DNA from: Terriglobia bacterium
Lineage (GTDB): Bacteria; Acidobacteriota; Terriglobia; 20CM-2-55-15
DNA: 64,000 bases
Assembly (NCBI GenBank): GCA_963664115.2
Contig: CAXWPJ010000012.1
Coordinates: forward strand, 128,001-192,000
Reading direction: 5' to 3'
Part shown: piece after piece, positions 39,557-48,472 of the stretch
How the letters are laid out: the number at the start of each line of letters is the position of its first letter
Numbering within the stretch: position 1 is the first letter of the stretch
Notes under the pieces: generated by a model
Databases searched by the model: none
What the model saw: the letters and a program-made list of their open reading frames with translations, nothing else
Told to the model about the DNA's origin: nothing
Position numbers and translations under genes: made by a program

Positions 39557-39789
39557 CGTGCCTGACTCACAAGGAGGCACCAACCCACTGGCGGGATTCT
39601 CAACGTCCGAGAAGATGATCTATGAAAGGGGATGTCAAGAGAAACAGCTCCCCGATGGCCGGCCAGACGGACACTTTTGTCGTGACAGCCAGCCCCTCTA
39701 CCGTTATGTGAAGCCCTGGTTCCGGCAATCCGCAGCGAAATCGTACATCTTTAAGACGGTCGATTCAGAAACTGAACAGCATATGGGAC

Positions 39790-39985
39790 GGCATGTGCCG
39801 ACCATGGATCTATCTGAGCCTCGAAGGCTATCGCTGTTTCAGGTCGTGCGAGGGGGGATAGAGATTTAAAAGTGTCCTCTGGACGTATCCAGGGACCACA
39901 TCTTGTGCAGATCCTCACCCTCGATCCTCAGTTGTTCCGACTCCGTCTAACGACTCAGTACGGCTCTACCGGTCACGGATCGAAA
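39790..39985 (-). ncRNA. Putative bridge/seek RNA of the IS1111-type element
   Basis: Two closed stem-loop units whose internal loops match the target (GATTTAA, CATCTTGT) and the donor junction (GATCTAT, ATCGC); ends approximate. Confidence 0.6.
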
Positions 39986-39989
39986 CGGC

Positions 39990-41054
39990 TTATGTTGTCA
40001 TCCAGCTCAGTTTCTTTGGATCGAACGATTCTCCTTTCTTCCAAAGCGTCAGCACCAGTGCGGCGATCTTACGGGCCAGAGTGACCCGCGCCATTTCCTC
40101 CCGCATCCCACGCATCTGGAGACTCTCCAGATAAATCCGATACGGCTCGCTTTGTTTTCCCGATGCCGCGGCTGAGAAGAACACCGACTTCAATCGCCGG
40201 TTGCAGTTCGCATTCAATCCGCGTGTGGCCACCGGTTTCCTCCGTCGCACCACACGTCCACTCTGCATCTCATACTCCGCGCTCATGTGGGTCACCACAC
40301 CCAGGCCACTGTAGCTCCAGAACTGCGGTGTCGTGCGGAATCGGTACGGCGTGTCCACGATGGCGACGATCTGTGCCGCCCGAACCGGTCCCAGTTGTGG
40401 AATGGTCTCGAGCAGTTTCACCGCCTCATGGTGCCGGCCCTCCACTCGCACCGCTTTTCTGGATTGTTTCCGCAGCAACTGGACCTGGTCCAGTTCCGCA
40501 TACAACCATCGGGCGCGCTGCCTCATCCCCGGCTCGGTCAGCTTCTCCAACCACTGTTCGCGCTGACTCGGCCGATAGACTCCGTCCTTCGGTGTCGGGA
40601 TCCCCCGTCCCCGGTATATCGCTTTGATCCGCGACATCACCCGTTGCGTGTCCAACTGGAACGTGTCATAGGCCTGCACCAGTTGCTTCAATTCTCGCGT
40701 CGCTTCATGGCCGTGATACACCGAGCGCAACAGTCCCACCCGCAACAGCTCGGCCAGCTTCCGCGCATCCGGCTTATCCCCCTTCGACCCTTCTTGCATC
40801 CACTTGTTCTGTCGCGGATCGCACACCACCACCTCGCTCACCCACGGCCGGATCACTTCCGATAACCAGCCCGCTTGCGTGGTCTCCTCCAACCCCACGT
40901 GCATCGGCCCACTCAATCCCTCCAGCAGCCGTGTGATACTCCCCGCCTCGGTTTCCACGATCGTTTCAAACACCAGTTTGCCGCTCCCGTCTCTCACCGC
41001 AACCACCGTCGTTGCCTGGTGCACATCCATACCCATATACTTGTCTTGTTTCAT
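39990..41054 (-). CDS. IS110-family DEDD recombinase/transposase
   Basis: YMGMDVH, GLEET, KGDKPDARKLA, TIPQLGP, YSGL, catalytic Ser candidate in HMSA. Confidence 0.9.
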   Translation of the reverse strand: MKQDKYMGMDVHQATTVVAVRDGSGKLVFETIVETEAGSITRLLEGLSGPMHVGLEETTQAGWLSEVIRPWVSEVVVCDPRQNKWMQEGSKGDKPDARKLAELLRVGLLRSVYHGHEATRELKQLVQAYDTFQLDTQRVMSRIKAIYRGRGIPTPKDGVYRPSQREQWLEKLTEPGMRQRARWLYAELDQVQLLRKQSRKAVRVEGRHHEAVKLLETIPQLGPVRAAQIVAIVDTPYRFRTTPQFWSYSGLGVVTHMSAEYEMQSGRVVRRRKPVATRGLNANCNRRLKSVFFSAAASGKQSEPYRIYLESLQMRGMREEMARVTLARKIAALVLTLWKKGESFDPKKLSWMTT

Positions 41055-41183
41055 CTCGAACGCTCCTTTTCTGGGATCAACGCTGTATACGTTGATCAGG
41101 TTGTTGAGTGAGTCTTCTCTCAACAACCCCCAGTCTAGGGGCGTCCTTTCATACTGCGATTTAACAGGACTTGACCTCGTAAA

Positions 41184-41297
41184 TCAGGGCACCGGCACCC
41201 GTTCTTTCAGTTCTTCAAACCAGTTGAGGACGATGTTGATTCTTGGGCGCTCGGTTTCTTCCAAGTCGGCCCGCTACTCGGGAGTTGGCACGACGAT
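41184..41297 (-). pseudogene. Kinase 3' stub
   Basis: ...PE*RADLEETERPRINIVLNWFEELKERVPVP*. Confidence 0.8.
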
Positions 41298-41471
41298 TCA
41301 GTAAACATTACGGCGTTGGTGGGAAGTAATAGGCTCGATGTCTTGAACGTCGACTACGCCACAATGAATCGCTTGCAGTTGCCGGACTAACGGGCGAGAC
41401 TAAAAACACACGAGCGTCGGCAGACAACCTGGCGTTCTTGCCTGCTTAACAAATCATCGGAGGTAAGTATC

Positions 41472-41954
41472 ATGCGCGGAGCAATGCTGTTTGCGGCCGG
41501 ACTCTTCGTTGGGTTGGCCGTAAGTGTGGGGATGGCGCAAAACGCCAACAGTAATGTCGTGATGATGAATCACGTGGGCATCAACGTGCCGGACATCCCG
41601 GATGCGATGACATACTACACCGAGACAATGGGCTACCGGGAAGCGTTCCGTCTCAACGACGACAACGGGCAGCCGAGGCTGGTCTACATGCACATCAGCG
41701 AAAACACGTTCCTTGAGCTCGGGCAGGCGAACGCGCAACGGCCTGCAGGTTTCAGCCATTATGGGCTGCACGTCGAGAACGTGGCAGACGCCGTCGCACG
41801 GTTCAGAAGGGACGGCGCAACTGTCAGTGATACCCGCACCAGCGATACCAAAGCGATCCTCGCCAACATCACTGATCCGTACATGGGCCGCATCGAATTG
41901 GCCGAACTCCCTCCGGAGTCCCTGCATTACAAGGCCATTCAGAGCTGGAATTGA
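41472..41954 (+). CDS. VOC/glyoxalase family secreted protein
   Basis: NHVGINV, FLEL, SHYGLHV, DP..GRIEL. Confidence 0.85.
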   Translation: MRGAMLFAAGLFVGLAVSVGMAQNANSNVVMMNHVGINVPDIPDAMTYYTETMGYREAFRLNDDNGQPRLVYMHISENTFLELGQANAQRPAGFSHYGLHVENVADAVARFRRDGATVSDTRTSDTKAILANITDPYMGRIELAELPPESLHYKAIQSWN

Positions 41955-41968
41955 GAAGGAGCATAGAC

Positions 41969-43081
41969 ATGAAAGTTTCAGGTTTCGTGAGGTTCTCGTC
42001 GATGGTGGTGATCGCTGCCGTCGGGATTGCCCTGCTGGCAACGAGTGTTCAAACACAGCAGCGGGCAGGCACGGTTGAGACGGACAGAGTTCAACCCGTC
42101 AACAGCGGCGCCAATCCTTATCGCGTCTTCCGGGACTGGGCACAGCTCAATTTAGAGGCGAGACCGTGGGGCGGCTCCAACGGCGTCGCCATCGACCCCG
42201 ATGGCCGGTCCGTGTGGGCCGTCGACCGATGCTCACCCGGGACGACTCCGGGCTGTGTCGACAGCCCAGGGAACCCGGTCCACCATTTCGATGAGTCTGG
42301 AAATGAGATCCTAAGCTTTGGCAGCGGGATGTTCGTCTGGCCGCACGGCATCCATGTCGATCGAGACGGAAATGTGTGGGTTACCGATGCACGAGCCGAG
42401 AGCAACAAGGGAAGCGTCGTGGTCAAGTTCAGTCCCGAAGGCAGAGTCCTCATGACGCTTGGGACGCCGGGTGTGAGCGGAAACCCTCCCGAAGCTCTGA
42501 CTGACCCGACCAGCGTCGTGACCGACCCGGGAAATGGTGACGTGTACGTGGCGGAGAGCCATACGAACGTAACCGATCCCAATCTGGTCGGCCGCATCTC
42601 CGTCTTCGACAGAGACGGGAACTTCCTCAGAGTGATCGGCAAGACCGGAACGGGGCCGGGAGAGTTCCGGACGCCGCATGCGCTCGCGTTCGATTCCCAG
42701 GGCCGGCTCATCGTCGCCGATCGCCACAACCATCGCATCCAGATCCTGACGAAGGACGGTAGGTTCATCCGTGAATACGCCGACTTCGGGCGCGTCAGCG
42801 GGCTGGCCATCGACAGCAACGACGTCATTTACGCGGCCGACTCCGAGTCGAACGAAAGGGTTCACCCAGGCTGGAGGAGGGGAATCCGGATCGGCAGCCT
42901 CCGAGACGGGGAGGTGACCATGTTCATTCCGGCACACCCGACGGATTCTCCGGACGGTGCGATGGGCGAAGGCATCGCGATCGACCCCGAGGGCAATATC
43001 TACACGGCGGAAGCACGATTGAGCGACACGCCGGAAGCACGAGTGAGGGGCGTGACGAAGTACGTCAAGAACGAGAATTGA
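41969..43081 (+). CDS. NHL-repeat (PAL-like) secreted protein
   Basis: PHGIHVDRDGNVWVTD, GPGEFRTPHALAFDSQGRLIVADR. Confidence 0.85.
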   Translation: MKVSGFVRFSSMVVIAAVGIALLATSVQTQQRAGTVETDRVQPVNSGANPYRVFRDWAQLNLEARPWGGSNGVAIDPDGRSVWAVDRCSPGTTPGCVDSPGNPVHHFDESGNEILSFGSGMFVWPHGIHVDRDGNVWVTDARAESNKGSVVVKFSPEGRVLMTLGTPGVSGNPPEALTDPTSVVTDPGNGDVYVAESHTNVTDPNLVGRISVFDRDGNFLRVIGKTGTGPGEFRTPHALAFDSQGRLIVADRHNHRIQILTKDGRFIREYADFGRVSGLAIDSNDVIYAADSESNERVHPGWRRGIRIGSLRDGEVTMFIPAHPTDSPDGAMGEGIAIDPEGNIYTAEARLSDTPEARVRGVTKYVKNEN

Positions 43082-43344
43082 AGCGCGTCAATCATCGCGC
43101 TTCGCTGATCTGAACCGGAGAAGCCCCGCTTCGATCTGCCTGCACAAGGAGTTGCGGTCAATCAGAAGGTCCAGTCCCTGAGATACCGCGGACACGAAAA
43201 AGTGGAATGCCCTAACATGGAGCCCTTCAGGCGCGATCCACTTTGGAGCATAGGCGACTATACGTCCGTGTGGATTGCCTCATCTTCGAATCTGGATACT
43301 TGAGAGTAGTTTAGTAGGCTGTGGGTAGCGAGACTTGATGATCG

Positions 43345-43443
43345 CTACGGGACCGGCACCCGTTCCTTCAGTTCTTCAAACCAGTTCAGGACGATGTTGA
43401 TTTGGGGTCATGCGACCTCGCCGCTATCGGCCTGGTCGGCGGG
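43345..43443 (-). pseudogene. Kinase 3' stub
   Basis: PADQADSGEVA*PQINIVLNWFEELKERVPVP*. Confidence 0.8.
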
Positions 43444-43575
43444 CCGAAACGGGTTGAGACTCGACACCGCCTCGGTTCACCGCCTCGAATCTACACTGGG
43501 GATGACTCGACGGACTCGGCCTACTTCGCCACAGATCCCAGGAGGGCGACGTCACGGGGCGCACTCAAGTTAAAT

Positions 43576-43870
43576 GACCCCCGGCAAAGCCGGGGGCTTA
43601 GTTTTGTTAGCCCCTCAAAAGGGCCGGTCAAGAGCCGCCTGAAGGCGGCGAATTCGCCCACGGTATGTTCAACTGCTCCACAATTCTTCGTCCGTCGGTA
43701 CTTCGGTACGGACACCGCGTGACACTAGCAATCCCATGTCGTGTGCAATAGGCTTTGGCAGTCTTTCGTTACGTCCTCCTTGTTCGAAAGTTGGCGCTTC
43801 CAAGGAGGAGTTCCTTATTTACTGCCGCTTTCGGTCAAACCTCTGCGAGTCGCCCCGGCAGAGCCGGGGC
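43576..43870 (-). mobile_element. Internally deleted IS200/IS605 (tnpA) remnant
   Basis: Hairpins CCCCCGGCAAAGCCGGGGG and GCCCCGGCAGAGCCGGGGC at the two ends; decayed QSLLHTTWDC*CHAVSVPKYRR resembles the TnpA N-terminus. Confidence 0.7.
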
Positions 43871-43890
43871 TTTACCTGTTGGAATTAGCC

Positions 43891-44760
43891 CTAGCTTCCA
43901 CTGCCATCCGTTGTGCTGCCACCACCAAGGTCACTCACAAAGGACTGGAGCATGGTGGTGAACTCCATGGGGAATATGAACTTGGTGGCGGCACCTTCTC
44001 CGAGTCGCTTCAGCGTCTCAAAGTATTGCAGGCTCATAGTTCGGGCGTCTGCGGTCCGGGCAACCGTGTTGATCTGAGTGAGGGCGTTGCTGAACCCTTC
44101 CGCGTTGAGAATAGCGGCCTGGCGAGTCCCCTCAGCACGGAGCATGGCGGCCTGCCGCTCACCCTCAGCTTTAAGGATGGCCGCCTGCTTTTCCCCCTCG
44201 GCTCGGTTTATTTGGGCCTGGCGTTGTCCTTCCGACTCTGTGATATCGGCCGTCTTGATGGCCTCCGCCGACTTCTCCCTCTCCATGGCGTTCTTCACCC
44301 CGTCGGGTGGGTCGATCTCGTTGATTGCGGCCCCGCGGACCTTGACCCCCCAGCGGCCCGTATTTTCGTCCAGCGCAATCTGGAGCTGACTTTGTATCTG
44401 CTCCCGTTCGCTTAGCGCCGCGGCCAGAGTTATATTGCCAATGATGGACCTGAGCTCTGCCACGGCCAGGTTCCGCACCGCCAGGCGGTGGTTCGCCACC
44501 TCGAGGACCGATTTCTCCGCTTGATCCGGTAGGACGCGGTAATAGAGTACAAAGTCCATGTCCACAACCACGTTGTCCTTGGTGATGTACTGCTGCGTTG
44601 GGACTCGCTCCGGCACCTCCCGGGTATCTACGACCCTACCGGAATGGAAGAAAGGTATGAGGAAATGAAACCCGGCGCCCTTGAGACTCCCCGTGTACTT
44701 TCCCAAGGAAAACACCACCATCTTCTCGTACTGTTTGACGATCACTATGCCTGTTGCCAT
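43891..44760 (-). CDS. SPFH/stomatin (band 7) protein
   Basis: ITKDNV, RWGVKV, EIDPP, AEG-repeat coiled coil. Confidence 0.9.
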   Translation of the reverse strand: MATGIVIVKQYEKMVVFSLGKYTGSLKGAGFHFLIPFFHSGRVVDTREVPERVPTQQYITKDNVVVDMDFVLYYRVLPDQAEKSVLEVANHRLAVRNLAVAELRSIIGNITLAAALSEREQIQSQLQIALDENTGRWGVKVRGAAINEIDPPDGVKNAMEREKSAEAIKTADITESEGQRQAQINRAEGEKQAAILKAEGERQAAMLRAEGTRQAAILNAEGFSNALTQINTVARTADARTMSLQYFETLKRLGEGAATKFIFPMEFTTMLQSFVSDLGGGSTTDGSGS

Positions 44761-44855
44761 GGTAGCCTCCTGAATGTCTTGTGCACTGGTAACCTAGTCA
44801 CTCCACTAGTCTTATAGTTACGCCGTACGCCTCTCCATACGGGTTCAACCCGAGA

Positions 44856-46235
44856 CTAGTGAGCTGATTCCAGAGGTTGATCACTCTGCTCTAGCCGGAT
44901 CACGGTGAGAATGATGCCGTTCACCTTCACCACCTCTACCTTTTCTCCAGAGCCTATCTGGTCGCTGCCCTGGGCCACTGCGGTCCAAAGTTGGTTTTCC
45001 AAGCGCACCGTACCCCGGGGTGCAAGATCAGTGGCAACCTCCGCCATTTGGCCCACCAAGCCAGCCACACCTGGATCGAGCGGCCCTCTTCGCGACCGTA
45101 CGATGGTGGTGATCACCCATCCTCCACCACCACTCAGCACCAGCGCCGTGGACACTAGGAACCACGGGCTCACACCTATACGCGGCATTGTGGGTGATGG
45201 CGCACCCGTATGGAAGAAAAGGAAAACCCCTCCCAAGATGAAGCTAACGATGGCCCCAACACCCAGGATACCAAAGCCCGCCACGTAGACCTCCAGCGCC
45301 GCTAGGACCACTGCCATGAGGATGAGCACCACACCCGCCCAGTTGACCGGCAGGTTCCCCAGGGTGACGTAGGAGAGAATCAAGAGGATGAGTCCAGTTA
45401 CTCCCGGCACGATCAAACCTGGATTCAGTAACTCCAAGAAAATGCCCAGACTGCCGAGAGACAGGAGCAAATAGGAAACGTTGGGATCGGAGAGGAAGCG
45501 CAGGAATCGCTCGACCAGGCTCATCTCCATGGTCTGCACCGCCACCCCTTGCGTTTCCAGTACCAGGCGTGGGCCACCAGGGGGCCGTACCGTGGCCTCC
45601 CGGCCGTGGAGCTGGGCCAGGAGGTCATCCAGATCACCAGCCAGAAAATCCACCATGCCGGACTCCACCGCCTCTTCGCCGGTGAAAGACAGTGCCTGAA
45701 GCACGGTGGCCTCCAGCTTCTCCTGATTCCGACCCCGTAGCTCGGCGATGGTCCTCATCTCGGCCGCGGCGTCGTTGGTGACCTTGGACCTGAGGGTCTC
45801 TGGAAGCTCCTCACCGTCACCGCTAACCGGGCTGGCAGCACCGACGTTGGTCCCTGGCGCCATCACAGCGAAAGTGGCGGCAGCAGTGATGAAGGTACCC
45901 GCCGAGGCAGCCCTCGCCCCACGAGGTGCCACGTACACCACCGACGGCAGCTCTGCGTTGAGCAAGTGTTGGGTAATCTTCCGCGTAGAGTCCAGAAGAC
46001 CACCAGGGGTATCCAAGTGAACTATGATCAGGCTGGCACCCTCGGCCTCGGCCCGCTCCACACCCCGGGCAATGAACCCCTCAGTAACGGGGCTGATGAT
46101 GCCATCCACTTCCAGGAGTAGGACGTGGCGCTGCTGCGCGTGGCCAAGATTCAACAATCCTCCGGCCATGGCCACAGCCGACAGCAACCCCACCAGCAGG
46201 TGAGGCTTACCCCTGATCCTTGCTCCACTCAGCAT
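44856..46235 (-). CDS. Long NfeD membrane-bound serine protease (ClpP-class)
   Basis: LDTPGG, AASAG, GAASP, TM block, C-terminal OB fold; paired with SPFH. Confidence 0.9.
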   Translation of the reverse strand: MLSGARIRGKPHLLVGLLSAVAMAGGLLNLGHAQQRHVLLLEVDGIISPVTEGFIARGVERAEAEGASLIIVHLDTPGGLLDSTRKITQHLLNAELPSVVYVAPRGARAASAGTFITAAATFAVMAPGTNVGAASPVSGDGEELPETLRSKVTNDAAAEMRTIAELRGRNQEKLEATVLQALSFTGEEAVESGMVDFLAGDLDDLLAQLHGREATVRPPGGPRLVLETQGVAVQTMEMSLVERFLRFLSDPNVSYLLLSLGSLGIFLELLNPGLIVPGVTGLILLILSYVTLGNLPVNWAGVVLILMAVVLAALEVYVAGFGILGVGAIVSFILGGVFLFFHTGAPSPTMPRIGVSPWFLVSTALVLSGGGGWVITTIVRSRRGPLDPGVAGLVGQMAEVATDLAPRGTVRLENQLWTAVAQGSDQIGSGEKVEVVKVNGIILTVIRLEQSDQPLESAH

Positions 46236-46371
46236 GTTCCACGAATCCTGATCCTAGTAGCATCCCTCAACTCCGCCCCAGGCAATGCTCAATCTTGTGA
46301 AGCTCGTTTGAGTCGTTAGCGGCTGAGCGTTTACGACTGCTGGCCTTTGAGAGCTTTGAGTTTTTCCAGGG

Positions 46372-46452
46372 TGCGCGCCACACTTCACCCATTCCACCCT
46401 TACCTAAAAGCGTTGAGATCTCGTAATGACCGAGTTTGGTGCCAGATTCCAT
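46372..46452 (-). pseudogene. Ser/Thr kinase 5' stub
   Basis: MESGTKLGHYEISTLLGKGGMGEVWRA. Confidence 0.88.
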
Positions 46453-46527
46453 GTTCAAAGTGTGTCGCTGAAAAAACCGAGTAAATCTCGGTAAAAGATA
46501 CTAGAGGAGTGAGTTAGGCGCTATCAA

Positions 46528-46569
46528 ATTCTCAAGTCCCTGCAAATGACCTTGGCGGACAGTCAGATA
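46528..46569 (-). repeat. dif-like palindromic site (11-6-11)
   Basis: Reverse complement reads CTGTCCGCCAA-GGTCAT-TTGCAGGGACT-TGAGAAT. Confidence 0.7.
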
Positions 46570-46885
46570 GCCGAGTCTTTCATCCAAATCCGTAAGGATC
46601 TCAATGGAACACAACTGGACCTGGCAGGAGTTGACTGTTCAAAACGAAGCAAACGAAGGTGACGAAGGGAGAGATCTGAGAGAATGAACTAGGAAAGGTG
46701 CAGAGGAAGAAATCAGTGGTCATCAGTCAGGAATTATCAGTCCGAAGGTGAGAAATCGTGTCGGCCGGATTTCTCTAAACCCATAACTATTAACTCTTAA
46801 CATTCCTTACCGCACCTGTTCTTTTAAGATCACAAGTGTCCCTGCCGCTGCAGGACCGCAACCCGTGCGGAACGGAAGTTCACGA

Positions 46886-48133
46886 ATGAGCGCCAAACGT
46901 GTTGTCATTGTCGGTGGTGGAGTGATTGGGACCGCCTGCGCTCATTACCTCAAGAATGCCGGCTTCGACATTACGATTATCGACAGCGGAAGCATCGGCG
47001 GCGGCTGTTCCCATGGCAATTGCGGATACGTCAGCCCCAGCCAAGTCCTTCCACTGACCGAGCCCGCTGCAGTCGGTAAAGCATTCAGGTCGCTTTTTAA
47101 AAAGAACGCACCGCTACGCATCAAACCCCGCTTCGATCCGCAGTTGTGGAGTTGGCTCATAAATTTCGCTCGACGCTGCAATACGCGCGATATGCTGCAA
47201 GCGGCCGAGGCACGTCACGCATTGCTGGCTTCCTCAAGAGAGCTTTACACCGAATTGTTTGAGACAGAAGATGTTCCATGCGAGTGGGAAGAACGCGGCC
47301 TATATTTAGTGTTCAAGACAGCCGCCGCGTTCGAGAAATATGCTGAAACAGACAGGTTGATTCGCGACAACTTCGGCATCGGGGCGACACGTTTCGGTGC
47401 GAGCGAAGTAGTGAAGCGTGAACCTGCCTTGTTGGATGATATCTCGGGCGCGTGGTACTACGAGGGCGACGCGCACCTACGTCCGGACCGGCTGTTGTCG
47501 TCCTGGCGAAAACTGCTTGAGTCGCGCGGGGTGGCGATCATCGAACAGTGTAAGTTCACACATTTCGTCCAGAGCGGTGACCAAGCCGTCGCAATCTCAA
47601 CATCAATGGATAAGCTGGAAGCTGATTGCTTCGTTGTCGCCACCGGTGCCTGGACGCCCCAGTTGAATTTTGAAATCGGCTGCCGGATTCCGGTTCAGCC
47701 TGGCAAAGGCTATTCCATCACGATGCCTCGCCCCGTGCTGTGTCCCGGGACTCCGCTCATTTTTTCTGAAGACAAAGTAGCTGTGACTCCGATGCAATCT
47801 GGATATCGGCTGGGTTCCACGATCGAGTTTGCAGGCTACGATACAACACTCAACCCGACGCGACTCGAGATGCTCAAAGAGTCCGCTAGACACTACCTCC
47901 GCGAACCGTACTCCGAGCCTGTGGAAGAAGAGTGGTACGGTTGGCGACCGATGACCTATGACGGCGTTCCCTTTATCGACCGCAGTCCACGCTTCTCCAA
48001 CGTCTTAATCGCCACCGGCCACAACATGCTCGGCCTCAGCATGGCCACTGCAACGGGCAAGCTGATCGCGGAATGGCTCAGCGACGAAACGCCTCACATT
48101 GATCCGAAGCCATATCGAATTCAGCGGATTTGA
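46886..48133 (+). CDS. D-amino acid dehydrogenase-like FAD oxidoreductase
   Basis: GGGVIG, CSHGNCG, PGKGYS, GWRPMT.DG.P, ATGHNMLG. Confidence 0.88.
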   Translation: MSAKRVVIVGGGVIGTACAHYLKNAGFDITIIDSGSIGGGCSHGNCGYVSPSQVLPLTEPAAVGKAFRSLFKKNAPLRIKPRFDPQLWSWLINFARRCNTRDMLQAAEARHALLASSRELYTELFETEDVPCEWEERGLYLVFKTAAAFEKYAETDRLIRDNFGIGATRFGASEVVKREPALLDDISGAWYYEGDAHLRPDRLLSSWRKLLESRGVAIIEQCKFTHFVQSGDQAVAISTSMDKLEADCFVVATGAWTPQLNFEIGCRIPVQPGKGYSITMPRPVLCPGTPLIFSEDKVAVTPMQSGYRLGSTIEFAGYDTTLNPTRLEMLKESARHYLREPYSEPVEEEWYGWRPMTYDGVPFIDRSPRFSNVLIATGHNMLGLSMATATGKLIAEWLSDETPHIDPKPYRIQRI

Positions 48134-48444
48134 GTTCGGTGTTCCGCACACTCCAGACGGTACTGTCAACTTGGGCTCGCTGAAGTTGTTACAGGTCGTT
48201 CAGTCAGAACTTCGGCGTGACGTTCCGTCTTCATTACCAATGAACTACGTCCGTTAGATCAGGTGCTGCGGCGATGAAACAAAGCAATGAAGCTGGCACC
48301 CGCAAACGTGACAGTTGCCCCGCATAACCTCACCACTCCACCAACTCCTTCTCCGTAAGCTCCTGGAAGCACCTCGGACACTTCGCAGCCGCTGACAGGA
48401 GGCCACGCCCAATTCTTTGAAGTTTTCAGGAATTACAGATGTCA

Positions 48445-48472
48445 ACTTCCGACAAGATGATTTATCAGACTA
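48445..48472 (+). repeat. dif-like palindromic site (11-6-11)
   Basis: ACTTCCGACAA-GATGAT-TTATCAGACTA. Confidence 0.75.

Larger units (their letters stand above)
39620..41160 (-). mobile_element. IS110-family, IS1111-type element inserted in the spacer of a dif-like site
   Basis: Sub-terminal IRs TATGAAAGG / CCTTTCATA, long non-coding end downstream of the transposase; flanks rejoin as ACGTCCGAGAA-GATGAT-TTAACAGGACT. Confidence 0.88.

Noticed and set aside
21987-48472. CRISPR array interpretation of the repeated palindromes
   Set aside because: Copies are kilobases apart, in both orientations and degenerate; no regular spacers and no cas genes
21987-48472. Classical integron (intI/attC)
   Set aside because: Sites lack RYYYAAC/GTTRRRY ends and flank cargo in inverted orientation; neither tyrosine recombinase shows an obvious IntI-specific insertion
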